A stretch of DNA of 62,909 nucleotides, filler included, from Platydemus manokwari (Eukaryota): assembly GCA_037951405.1 (NCBI GenBank). It is 5 parts of 5 records of this genome, joined end to end, with 100 filler letters (N's around TTAATTAATTAA, not from the genome) between each part and the next. Parts side by side here need not be neighbours in the genome. Positions count along the whole stretch, not along the records: positions 1 to 9,497 come from JBBMOY011240430.1; positions 9,598 to 23,176 come from JBBMOY011683622.1; 3 more parts are not named here. The stretch is one strand, 5' to 3'. The first letter of the stretch is position 1, and each line of letters begins with the position of its first letter. Shown one piece after another: positions 1 through 13,199 of the stretch. Below the pieces are notes generated by a model. That model saw only the letters and a list, made by a program, of their open reading frames with translations. It searched no databases and was not told where the DNA came from. A program made the position numbers and the translations under genes.

Positions 1-2557
1 TTAAAATGATATATTATATGAATAATTTTCATAAGATCTTCAATTTAATATTTAAAAATGAAAAGCCAATTTAAAAAGACCATTATTTTTGCACCAACCT
101 AATAAATAACACTCTTTCATTGTACTCCATCTTTCAATTACTGCATATCAACCTAAAGCAAGTAACTTTTAGACATTCGCATTGTGGAAAGATGGAAAAT
201 TTTCAATTGAAAGTCTTAAGTAAGATCTAAAAATTTTTACAAATAAAAATCGACACACAAGTAACCCACCCATTAACACAATAAAAAATAATGACCATAA
301 AACGAATTGGCTCTTGTCAGAAATTGCCAGTCTTTATGATTGATAATCTTTGTTTATTCTTTATATCTCTTGTGCTCAGATGTCCTTTTGATCGCGATAT
401 TTATTTGGCTCATGGACTTTGAATCTTAGCACCTTGTGTGGTTCAATTTCCTACCAATTCTACTGAATTGAAACTTTGACCTGCATTTTTTTCGATTTAG
501 TGGCAATTTTTCCATGGTTTATAACTGATTCCACTTCCACTATCAAACAACAAAACAATAACTTATTTTAATGAAAAACATATTCGAATTATATTTTCAA
601 GAATTTTATTTTAATTTTCTGTAGAAAACATTATTTTATTTTAGCGTTGTTATTTATTTTGGACTCTAAAAATATTAAATTCGATTATTATTAATATATT
701 TTAGCTAATAGTTTTCGATTTATTTATTTTTATTTATATTTTTTTGGTGAGCTCTTCACTTTTATATCATTGACAATCAAGAAACTACAGTCTCGTTCCA
801 ATCTTAGCTGGTACAATGCATCTTTATATCTTTATTTCAATCATTTTTATTACTTATCAACTCAACTTCATTGGCGAAATGAAATATCCGCTGTTTAATG
901 TGTCATGAATTCCTTATCACTGTCATATTGACTCTCATTTTCACCATGAATGTAGCGGACCTAATCATTCGAAGATATCTCATTGACATAGGATATAAGT
1001 CTGCTTTTTACACTCGAAACTGAACTTTTAAAAAACCAAGTGTACAGTTCTCATTATCTTATTCATGAGATTTGATTTCATTAAAAAGTTCTTTGGGGAT
1101 GACGCTCTCAATGAATTCATGGAATGAAAATTTGATTATCAGATTTGGGAATCTTTGAGAATCTTGAAACTATTGAGATTTAATACTGATAATAAATTTC
1201 TTAAAAATTTAGAGTTTCAGTATGATCTTCTAATCAATAGATTTACATTATTATGCTTTATATATAGATGTATATAGCAATGTCGATGGCATCGAGTTAT
1301 CTCACAATTGTGTCAATCACATTTATTATAATTAATTTTTGTAAAGTTATATATCTGGGCCTATTATAAAAATAGCATCACGTGAATTAAATAATTGATG
1401 AGCATCATAAATGAATATGGAATTGTAAATCAAAATGCCATTATATGGTAAAATATGTCTGTCAATAATTGAGAGCTGCCCCATATTCATTTAAATTACT
1501 TTTCATTCAAAAAACTCCCTGCGAGAATACAGTAATCAATCGATAACTTCAATAAAACAAAAGGATTTTGTAAAATATATTGATTGTTCCTTTCCATTAT
1601 GTTAAAGTCATTTCTAGATGATATTATTTTAGAAACAAAATGACTTATTTTTGTACAAACTATTAAGATAAATATTACAGATAAACGTTTCCTGTCAGTG
1701 GCATGTTAAGAGATTGTTTAATCGTAAACGAGATGGATAATTGAGTTACAGAGTCGGTAAAGAGTTTAGAAAAATAATTTTAATAGGCTTAGCCTTAATA
1801 TACTATCGGTGTTGAATAATAATGAAGTATTTTCTTCTGGTAATAACTTTCCAAGCACTAAACTGATCACTTCAGACTGACTGATTTGATATTTCTCTCG
1901 TGTTCCTACCGGAAATATCCTCATTCCAACACACAGGAGAATTTTCGTGATATTTATACCAAACTTGAACAGTCAACTATAGTGCTTCTTTTCCTTAAAT
2001 TCTTGATTCATTGCAATTTAATATAATCTATTTACCATAAATAATTGATAAAAGTAAATAAGAAATTTGGCTTAAATATAATTAGAGTCTCAACAAGTGT
2101 AAGCCATCTGAAGGAAAACCATTTCAATATTAAATAAATGAATTTTAGAACTAAAAGAATACAAAATCAATCGATCAGTTGAGCTAGTTGATAGAATTGG
2201 CAATATTTTGTTCGATTGGTATGTTATCATATTTTCTAAGAATAAAAATAATTTCAGGTTAATTAAACAGTGTTTCAATCACTATTTAAAATTTTAATTG
2301 AAAGTCTAACGAAAAATGAATTCAAAATAACTTCTAAATAACTCTTTATTTTTAAAAAAAGTAAAATTCAATAACCTTTAGTCAATATGAGAAATAATAA
2401 TTTATAAGCATATATCAGAACAAAACCAAAACTGTTTAGTGTTATAAAATGATAAAAATTGATCACTATTCACCAAAATCGGTTTCATCAAAATACCTAA
2501 ATTGACAAAAAAAATATCCATTAATTTCAGTTCAAAATTTTATCTGTGCGACTTTCA

Positions 2558-4721
2558 TTATTTTTTGACGACCAATTTGGATAACACTTGACAAATATCT
2601 TTATGGTCTCGAACAGTCGCTTCATCCAATGCTGTATTGTTGTTTTTATTTTTAATATTTGGATCGCACTTTGCATTTAATAAGGCATTGACAAAATTCA
2701 GTCGTCCATAAATGGCTGCCAAATGAAGAAAAGTACTTCCTGATTCATCTTGCATCTGTTACACAATAAAAAAAAACAAGTCAAATTATAAATAAAACAT
2801 CATAATCAAATAAATGTTACGACATTTCAATGAATTTAAGGAAATAATATCAATAAAAATAGAACCAAAAATCATTTTCAAATCTGAGCGTTATCTAGAA
2901 AAGTCTCGTTACTATTGACAACAGGAGTGATGGAAAAAAATGGTGAAAAATATGCTAGTATAGAATGAAAATTCAATTTCAACAAGTGACTTCTGAAAAC
3001 TAAAATTTATTTTGCATAAACATTAAAATCTTCACGACGCAGTGGCCTATGATTTTTATACAGTCAATTTTTTAACATATAAAATATATATTTGGAGCTG
3101 CTTCTATTAAGATTAGTCTCATTTCTTGTTAACATTGCGAGTCTGCGTTGTTTAATATGTGCAGTAGGTTACAATCGATCAGAATTAAATTATTTTGATT
3201 GGCATAAACCAGTGTGCGAATTGTGAAATACTAAATTCAAAATACCATCCGATTCTGACGAGTAGAAAGAATCAATTGACATTGCAAATTGTCAGATCAG
3301 CAAAATCCCATAATTATGAGAAGCAATATAACTCATTTCAATTAATATCATCACAAGTCGTTAAAACCTGCAAAGAATCAAGAATTTTTTAGAGAAATTA
3401 ATAAATAATCTTATGACTAAAATAGATTTTTGCAGATGTAATATTATCTTATTAAACGACGAAATATTTCTCGAATATTCACTTACGAATATTTATATAT
3501 TTAAAAGGAAAATTAATCCAAAAACGTACAACCAATTAAAGAATGAATTAATCATTTTATCATCATCAATGTTACCAAATTGTTACTTGTGCACAATTTG
3601 CAGACTTACAATGTCTAGAAGAATCAACATTGAAATTCTAAAAATACTTCATCGCACTATCGATCGAAATTAAATTCAGTAAATAATTTTCTAGCACAAA
3701 TCACAAAGATAATTTCAGTACAAGAAACCTTTGACGTGTTTTTCATGACAAAAAAAATTTTAAACCATCATTTGCGTCGCTTATTTTTTATTCCAAACAA
3801 TTCAACGACAACAAACGACAATAAACTCATCCATTTCTCATATCAAATACAACAAATCGTAACAATAAGAACAATTTCCGACAACAAATTCATAGCAATA
3901 GCATATTTATTTTCAAAGATTTTTCAAAAAGTGAGATTCATGTCGATATCGAACCAAATTCCAATCACAACTCGTATTTCGCAACAAAGATAACTAGATT
4001 AATTTTCTGATCTATAATTGATGAGTCTCATCATATCGTAAAATTAAACAAAAGATCGACGTTAATCAGTGTTGATGATGAAAATATTAGTAAAATAATT
4101 TCACAGTTCAAAAGCATAATCGAAGAACTTACATTCACATTAATTCCTGCTTCAATGTACAATTGTAGCATCTTCAGTTCATTTTTGTAAACAGCGCTCG
4201 TTATCTCACCGATAATTTCTTCATTTGACATTTCTAAATTTGCACCATTCTTTCGCAACTCACGAACGATATCTAAATCACAATTCCGAGTGACTGCATG
4301 TCGTAACACCGTGTGGCCACATTGTGTTTTACAATTAATCGGCACACTTCTTTCAATAAGAAATTTCACTACTTCAATTTTATTTTCGGCACACGCTACA
4401 TGGAGTGCAGATCTGCCAGTGTAATCTACAGCCTGGAAGCATTTTAAGTGGTATAAAATCACTTTATAATTATAAATAATAGAGAAATAATTATTTGAAA
4501 TCAATTATTAATTAATCCAAATCTATGACAACAAAACCCAAATTGGAAAGCTCTGTGGAGTTAAAGAAATTATACAGCATTCAAGAAATACACATACGCA
4601 CACATATATACATCGGAACTAAACCTGCTATGCTAAACCTTTATATAGTCATCTGGTTTCAAATAAAAATATAAAATGATCAGTATTAATAAGTATTTGT
4701 ACATTAAGACAAATACAATTT

Positions 4722-4785
<64 letters not shown>

Positions 4786-6720
4786 GGTACCAAATAGTTC
4801 AGAAAATATCCACATCACAAAATTTATTGAAACATGTCACAGATTTGATATTTCTGCTGTTTAGCGGTTACACTCGACATGACTTGTGAATTAAATTTTA
4901 AAAAATATTTTAAGCTATTACCAGACACTAATAACAGCCATCGAAAAATGGAATTGTAAACAAGTACAAGCTATTTTCAATTGCCAGATACAGCAGAAAA
5001 TTCACGAATATTCCATAATCAATGCCCTATATTTTTATCAGAATCAAATATTACCACTAAAAGAGAAATTTCAGAAAAAAATATAAGAACGAGATAGTGT
5101 GCGAGAAAGAAAATATGAAGAACCAAAATGAATAAGGCGAAACTCGATAATGATCTTGTCGATTATGTTTCTGCAGTGATATGATATCACTTTACGATTC
5201 TAAGTCGAATCTACACTTTTGATATCAAAAAAATCATCCTAATTGGAATTTAATCTCTTCGTACTAAGTAAGACCAGTATCCATGTAACGCGTTATATTT
5301 ACAACATTCAGAGAGAGGATGAATAACATGTGAATCGATCAGAATAATATCAATGTCGAATATATCTGTATCTCACCAAGTTGCACAGAAAAACTGAACA
5401 GGAAGAACACTTTTACAATTTTATAATTTTATAAATACTGAAAATAATAATATTTAATACAAATAAAACTTTACATTCCAATTTCCCCATCGCTTTCCAA
5501 GCTGTTCTATCATTGCAATGTTCCCTGCCTTTGCATTAGAACACAGTGCTGCCCCGATAATTGCTTCACTGTCCATCACAATTCCATCTTGACTCAGAGA
5601 TCGTTGTTCACGAGTTATTTCTCCACAAAGCAATGTCAATTCTCCGCGCAGATTTCGTGTCATAGCAATGCGTTTGGCTTCAATCGACATATCAGATCGA
5701 GCAATGACGCAAGATAATTTATTCAGAGCCGATTCTACGGTCATATCCAATCCCGGATATATACCATATTCTTTCAAAATGAATCCAGTACGATAAATAG
5801 CCTTTACTCCTCCTTTCCAACACTGGGTAAGATTAATAATGATACAATCACGATCATTGGCCTCTTTAAATAACTCTAAGAGATCTTTTCGACAAAAAGG
5901 CATATTGCCACTACCATATGATAATAAAACTACCCCTATAGATAAATATCAATATGTTTCCTATTATTGCTTTGATCTATACCTTTAATTGGTGGTGCCA
6001 GAAAAGCTTTAACAGTTTCATATGTTATTGATGGAAACATTCGTAATACAGCTACATCCGGAGACATTGTATTTTGAGCGGAAAACGGACCGATTTCTTT
6101 CTCTGTCAAAAAGAGTCGATGAGTATGAACTCTAATGGAAATTCCAACATCTGCCAATGGTGGAAAGTTCGGAGAGTCGAATGCTTCGAAATGCATGCTA
6201 GAAACTTTACTAGTTCTATTAGCTCGGAACAACTGGAAATAACAAGATAATTATTTTAACAAACTAATATCATGCAAATAAAAAAGCAATTATGTCCATG
6301 TTTTGACTTGAAAAAGTAAAATAAAACAAGCATACCTTTTCATGAAAGAAAAGTGTGACTTCGGGTATATTATAGTGACTAGCAATAATAAGAGACGCCA
6401 ACAGATTCTCGCGTCCATCACTTCGTATTTCAAACAGCGGTATTTGAGATCCAGTCAAAATAACTGTCTTGGATAAATTTTCAAATATAAATGACAGAGC
6501 AGAACCAGTAAACGACATTGTATCAGTCCCATGAAGTACGATGAATCCATCATAATTATCGTATTCAGATTCAATGTCCTGGGCAATTAAAATATAATCA
6601 TCCATGGTCATGTCAGATGAATCTAGAAGAGGATCGTATTCCCAAACATTGAATGCGATACGAATATTCTCTGGTGATCGAGGCATAACAAATACATTGT
6701 CAGGGAGATTAAGCTCCTTT
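2558..6720 (-). CDS. ASPG: L-asparaginase / 60 kDa lysophospholipase with C-terminal ankyrin repeats (5' exon(s) not found)
   Basis: Exons 6336-6720, 5983-6232, 5475-5935, 4133-4432 and 2558-2755 join in frame at GT-AG sites. Asparaginase motifs DSSDM, GFIVLHGTDTM, ILTGSQIP, AFDSPN and GVVLLSYGSGNMP are present, followed by ankyrin repeats (DYTGRSALHVAC, GHTVLRHAV, GSTFLHLAA). I did not find the N-terminal GGTIGM exon before the gap at 9498. Confidence 0.93.
4723..4783. repeat. (AAT)n microsatellite in an ASPG intron
   Basis: About 20 perfect AAT units. This repeat produces the spurious poly-Tyr ORF 4633..4818. Confidence 0.97.
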
Positions 6721-8930
6721 CTATTAAAGACATACAATGAAAATAATATAATCATCATAATATTTTACAATACTTGTCATTAGGTATTGGATTAATGAAA
6801 GAAAATAATAAACTTTAATTATTTTATTCTAAGTTTTTTAATAAAATAAATATCATATTAAATGAACAGAATTATTATTGTCAGGAATACGACGATTTAA
6901 TGATTAAAGGATTGAATAATTATAGGTTTTTATATATAGACTGATTAGTGAAGTCATTCCTACTCATCAGTATCTGATAAAATTTCTAATACACGATTAA
7001 ATATTTCCTTAACTCCAGGATTGTAACTAGCTGTAATTTTTGTCAACTTAAATATCAGTAATCGCGAGAACCCATTGTAACGCCGTTTTAATATAAAAAT
7101 ATAACTACCAATAGTAATAACAATAATACTGATCAATGTAAACAAAGTATAATAATAATTGTAATAATATCAATTAATAAAATAGCTAATTCTATCTATT
7201 TTATTTATTAAATATTTGTTTAAAGATCTTTTTTAGTTAGAAATGATTAAAGGTGATATTTCCAATATCAATTTATTGTTTTTCAAGCTCACCCAGAGTG
7301 ATTACAATATAATTATATTATTATAATTCTCATTTATAATCATTTCCAATTAATAGTTTTTATCGATTTTTATAATCATATCTTCTTCAACTATTGTATA
7401 AAAGAATCTCTAACATGTCAAGATACAAGCTATTTCAAAATCAATTTTTGAAATCTCCATGGGATTTTGATTATACAGCTAAGAGACACGCTAAATTCGA
7501 GTTGAAGAGACACTCGATTCTTGAATACAGTAATATCATACACTACTCCGTTTAAAAACAGAAATGAAAAAACGAATTGCGATTACCTTAGTAGAATTAG
7601 AAAACAAGTGTAGGAAAATCTTTCGTGTGGGTCTTGGTGATTGAGTTTGCAAAATAGTTATCGCAGAGAAAGCACAATCAGATAGTTCTATGGACAGAAC
7701 AACAATTTAATCCCTAAGCATTATAACAATAATTATTTTGATTGAAATTGTGATGGTGGTTGAATTGTGTTACAATCTTTACTGCTTATAGAGGAGCATA
7801 TTTCTGTTTTATAGTGGAACAAAATACTTTTTCCGTTGACTAAAAATGATAATTAACTTAGTTGGGGGACATATATTTATAAATCTAATATAAAATGTCA
7901 TTAATGATTTCATCAAACAGAACATTTTTGCTGGTTAAGATTTTTATATTATTATTGTTAAGGTTTTATAAATTTTACTTTAATAAAATCTTTTTCCATT
8001 TTACAACAAATTTTCAAAGGGCAAACCATTTGCACGAAAAAATTTCGATTGTCCTAATAGCATTTTTAAAAATAACTCCATTTTTTTGGAAAGATAAAAT
8101 AAAATAATAATCGAAAAATATTTCAATTTCCAGTTTCTTCGTGACTAAGCCAAGTTATAGCGTTTTTAATGCCAGGTCAACTATACTAATCAATCTATTG
8201 ATATAATAGCAATCAATTGGCCTTAACAAAGTTAATCCAAAAATAGTATTCAATATAAGAAAACAAAATAATTAAGATCACAATGATTTATAATATCGAA
8301 ACTTGTATGTATATAAAAATAAATTAAAGCTATACCATCGCTAATTCTAACACAAGACTCTGTTTGTTATATATTGAATTAATAAATAAATAATAATAAC
8401 AGTAATAAATAAATATAATGATTTATAATTCATTTCACAAAACAAAACAACACAAATGATAAATATTACTGAAATGGAACTATAATCAAGAAATTTGAAA
8501 ATATTGAAAAATATATTAAAAGAGAATATTAATTAAATCCAAGCGGATAAAAATTAAAAATAATTTATGTAGATAATGATATTTTTGGCTTAAATTAAAA
8601 AAGGCATCCTTTGACTTAATTTCGTAATAATGAATTTTCGTGCATGAGATAATTTTTTAACTTAATTTTAAACATATTTGCGATGTTTGATTTATTCGTA
8701 TGATTCGCTTAATAGCTCACTTTATCGGATGTTTAACAGTGACAAAGCATAGTTTTAAAATCAAGTTACTATTCTAATCACAACACTTATATGATTATTT
8801 GATTTTTTTAATTTAAATTTTTTAATTGTAAATCGAATTAGTGAACTCCTGATATGTTTTATAATCAATGATTATTTTTATAAAATAAATTGCAAAAATT
8901 GAAAATATGCCTCAATTTGCTTTTAATGAT

Positions 8931-9195
8931 AAAAGGGGTCCTCACTAATTTTCAATAAATTGCAATTCGAACTACTTTGATTCATTTTTCAAATAATCAA
9001 ATTTTAGTAGATTTTGAAGCTCTAATGTATTTAATATTTTATTTCAAATAACTTAAATTCTTCTTAAGTACTTAGAATCAAACATTCAAGATATATTTAA
9101 AGAATATAATTATATAAACTATATAAATTTTTGCAATACACTCAACAAATTAAAAATTTTATTTTAGAACCACATTGCTTAACTTTAACCAAAAT
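8931..9195. repeat. Dispersed MITE-like repeat, copy 1 (related copy at about 52601-52805)
   Basis: aaaaggggtcctcactaattttcaataaatt... aligns by eye with aaaaggggtacccgctaattttcaattaatt... The ends are also similar (ttttagaacc..aactttaacc vs ttttaggacc..aactttagcc). Confidence 0.6.
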
Positions 9196-9497
9196 TTTAT
9201 AAATTTGACAAAGATGTCGTGGTGATATTGATGTACGAACAATGGGAAATTATCTATCTACATTAGCGTTACAGTTAAAATTATTTTTAAACTCCGCAAG
9301 TTATTTGGCAGATAAAGGAGTTCTACTGACGTAATCATTCAAAATAAAAATCATCTATAAATAGAAAAAATATCACTTGGTTTTGATAAGACTTCTAAAT
9401 TTGAATTGTAAATTGTATTATCATTCAATAATTTTATTGGTCAGGGATTTCTTCTAAAGTGATTGTTACTGTGTATATTATTAGTGTTTATCGTAAT

Positions 9498-9597
9498 NNN
9501 NNNNNNNNNNNNNNNNNNNNNNNNNNNNNNNNNNNNNNNNNTTAATTAATTAANNNNNNNNNNNNNNNNNNNNNNNNNNNNNNNNNNNNNNNNNNNN
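9498..9597. other. Assembly gap with artificial TTAATTAATTAA spacer
   Basis: N-run / TTAATTAATTAA / N-run. The same construct appears at four places, and the 12-mer gives stops in all six frames. Confidence 0.97.
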
Positions 9598-9907
9598 AGA
9601 CACTCGATTTTATTTAATAATAAATATTAATTAACAGCTGATAATAACTAGATAACTACATTTCAATTAGAAATAGTTTGATTATGTTATGTCATAATAT
9701 CACATGATAAATCTCAAATTAATAGGTTTGTTATGTAATTATATCTATAATCAGTATTATATTAATTATTTTATATTATTATCATTCATGATTAAATTAA
9801 GTTTTTTAAAAAAAATAAAAAATAAAAACATCGTGAGATGTATTTTATCATAAACTCATACCCGGTACAAATTATTATCATAGTAATATAAATAATATCG
9901 AACTCAC

Positions 9908-10434
9908 CAACTGAATTGCAAGCATCAATACTGTTTTTAATGAAAACTGACGATTGCAGTGATCAAATAAATCTTCCAAAGATGGACCTAACAATTCCAA
10001 AACTAAGGCATTATATCGACCACAAGGTCCAAAGTAAAAAACTTTTGGAAATCCAGTTATCGGACTACCTAAACCAAAAAGATTATAATATCTTTATCAA
10101 CTCAAATGAAAAGAATTTAACTAACTGTTAGAATTGAGCATTCTGTAAAATCTGTATTCTAAATGTAATTGTGGAGCTCGAGTTTTCATGGGTTCTAATT
10201 TTATAGCAACATGCTCATTTGTGTATAAATTTTTTCCTGATAAATGGAAAATTCTATTGAATTTATTATGGAACAATTACTATAGACCATACCTAATCGG
10301 AGTTCACCAAAATTTCCACAACCAATCTTTTTCCCAACCCTATAATTAGGACCTACCATCAAGAAATTCGAGTCACCACCGGGTGTATTTGCTGATGATT
10401 TTGAATAACGATTTTGATCAGTTGATCTACTCAT
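9908..10434 (-). CDS. CSNK1G: Casein kinase I gamma (gish-like), first three coding exons; the remainder is lost at the gap
   Basis: Exons 10293-10434, 10126-10236 and 9908-10068 give [55 protein letters not shown]...[24 protein letters not shown]...[13 protein letters not shown]. This is the CK1-gamma signature. Confidence 0.95.
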
Positions 10435-12019
10435 GAAATTATTTAAAATCTGATCTAAAATATGAATATTGAATGAAAAAATATTTAAAATTTAGTAATA
10501 AATTAATTTTATATTATTGTGTGAAACCTATTTAATAATTCCAGAAATTTTGAATAATTATAATTTTCCATCTAATTCAAATATATAATTCAAAACAGTA
10601 AATATATGAATTCAAAAATTAGCGCAATCTTAAACAAATAACTTAATAAAATTATGTGGTTTACAAATTTATAACAACGCACTAAATTTTATATTTCCTT
10701 TAAATAATTATAAATGAAAACTAGTTTCAAGTAATTTAGTTTTTCACAATCCCTACTGAAATTATTTCTTTAAAGTAGAATCATTATTAAATATATATAA
10801 AATTTACTATTAAATCTTAAATTATTGGTGATTTATTGTAATTCTTTAAGTATGTTTTATTAAATTGTCAAATTAATAAAATTCTATGTTATATATAATG
10901 TTCTGTACAAGTGTAGTTAAAGTATATTTGAAACAATAAATGTAATTTTTTAAAATTTTCTTTCATTCAATTTAATCAAAACTTTTAACGTTTTTCAAAT
11001 GCAAGTATACAGAATAATGCTGAAGAATGTTTTGTGCGAAACGTGACTTTGCGCTTTTGCTTATATGCTAATGTGTGAATCACATTAATGCGTATCCTCG
11101 TGAGGATTGTTTCTTTACTTGAAATTTGTTAAATTTCTTAAATGTATTTATATTTTTAATTAATAGTTCGCTATATTTAACAATATGTTTTTCTATTTTT
11201 ATTCTTAAGTCTTGATAAAAGAAGTATTTAACTTATTTTTTCTTTACATTTGATAAAATTTAAATTTTGGTATTGATTTTGTAAATAATTTTTTTGAAAA
11301 GTTAGAAATTAGTTAATTTTTAGTACATATTTTTTTGTAATTTTTTATTTTAAGCGTTTATTCTTACTGTGTTCTATTATAATTAATGTATTTATAATTT
11401 ACCCAATTCAAGTACTTATTGTCAGTAAAAATGGTAAATATTAATTAATGTAACCTCCTTTTATAGTATTTTCAAAAATGAGTGATTATTTTAGATTATT
11501 GAAAAAAATTAAGAATTTATATTTATTTAATCAATGGAAGAAAGCATGAATACACCAACAGTAGATAAATGAATTGATAGAGATAGAGAGAGAATTACTG
11601 GTAACAAAGCTAGCTTTTGAAAATTATGACACGAAAACAGCTGATCTTTGTCTCTACACTGAATTTAGAAGCTCCAACAGGAACTTGTATCTAAAATGAC
11701 CAATAAAATAAATTCAAAGAATCACATTTAAGTTCTAATATATTCTGTAAAATATTCGATTGTTTATTAACTCAATGTAAACTTGTAAAGATGTTCTTGA
11801 ACAAAACAACGTTAGTGGTTACATCTACATTCGCAATTAGCCACATTTCAGAATACTCAAAATCTTTGTGTTTCATCCATATTTCAGATATTTTATTAAT
11901 CCATTCTGATTCTAATTGGCAGAATCCATTCTAAATTGCTCGTAAACAAAAAATCACCGAAAATTTCATGATTAAAGATTCACATATAACAAATTCCTAA
12001 TAAATATAGAATTTCTAGT

Positions 12020-13180
12020 TCGTAATTTGAAAAATATTTTGTTATTTATCACAAGCTACTTTATATATATCATAAGTAAATAGTGGACAAATTAAAAAAC
12101 AAACTAGCAATTGAAGAGGACGTCCATGAATTCTATGTAGCAACATTCACCGATAGATACCAAATGACAAAAGAAAGTGTAGGAGAATACGCTAAGGTAT
12201 TAAAAGAATTGGTAATCAAAGCTTATCAATATGTATTAATAGAAGGAGAAGAACAAATGATTATAGATTAATTCAAAAAGGGAAATAATACCGATATTAA
12301 AAGGTCCATTAGCGATGACACAGTGTAAAATTTTTGATGATTTAGTACAAAAAATCAGGAGATTAAAAATGACTTACTGACCATTTAATTTATTAAATGA
12401 TAATATGGCATACCAGGAACTTGTCCGTTAGTGGATACTGTACCTTTTAAAAATGATAAAAAGAAAGAAACATCCACTCATTTGAGTTGAAAAGATAAAG
12501 TAACAAAGGAAGATTAGAAAAATTCAGACGTAAATGTAAAAAAGGAATAATTAAATAAAGTATTGACAAAATTTCAGATGAGTGATGATAATAGTAAAGA
12601 AAGTTAAACTTATGATGATGGTAACAATTTATAAGGGATAGGAGTTACGATAATTATAGTTATGGGCAACGAGGCTATAATGGAAGTAGAAATAACTTTA
12701 ATAACAGAAAATAATCAAAATTTCGATAATCGAAATTATGTTAGAGGCTTTACTCAGTAAATTAAGGTTTTACAAAATAGGGACAATGACTAAGATAATA
12801 ATTACAATTATAGATTAAATAGTAGAAGTAGAAGTCCATGGGACTGAAATTGGAATATTTGAAAGAACAACGATAACAATAGGTCAAATGACAATAGACT
12901 AAATGTTAGGATTAAAAAACCATTCAATAGAAACAAAAGTAATAGTTTGTAAAATTACCAAACGGAAATTGGAAATACTAGTCAAATGTGGATATGTTGA
13001 TATAATGACTAATAGAAAGAAAGAAGAAAAATTAGAATCTCATGAAAGAAATAGAAGTATATTAATAGAAAGAGCATAAGTAATGAAAATAGGATACAAT
13101 TAGACAAGAGATAAGATTAATAATATTGGAGAAGTCCAATGCAATTATTGCAAGAGTTCAAGACATAAAAAGCTAAGATT
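12020..13180 (+). mobile_element. Degenerate gag-like region of an LTR retrotransposon (Ty3/gypsy-like)
   Basis: RYQMTKESVGEYAKVLKELVIKAY...MIID*FKKG resembles the retrotransposon gag core. It is followed by an N/R/S-rich low-complexity stretch and a decayed zinc knuckle VQCNYCKSSRHKS at about 13134-13172. Many stops are present. Confidence 0.65.
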
Positions 13181-13199
13181 TAATAAGCATTAATATTTC

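Noticed and set aside
3195-3993. Three short tandem plus-strand ORFs resembling an operon
   Set aside because: They lie antisense within an ASPG intron, are low-complexity AT-rich sequence, and show no recognisable domain.
4633-4818. Poly-tyrosine ORF
   Set aside because: It is the translation of an intronic (AAT)n microsatellite.
9542-9553. TTAATTAATTAA palindrome repeated four times (also near 23221, 37672 and 52054) as a biological repeat or recombination site
   Set aside because: It is always embedded in N-runs, so it is a six-frame-stop assembly spacer.
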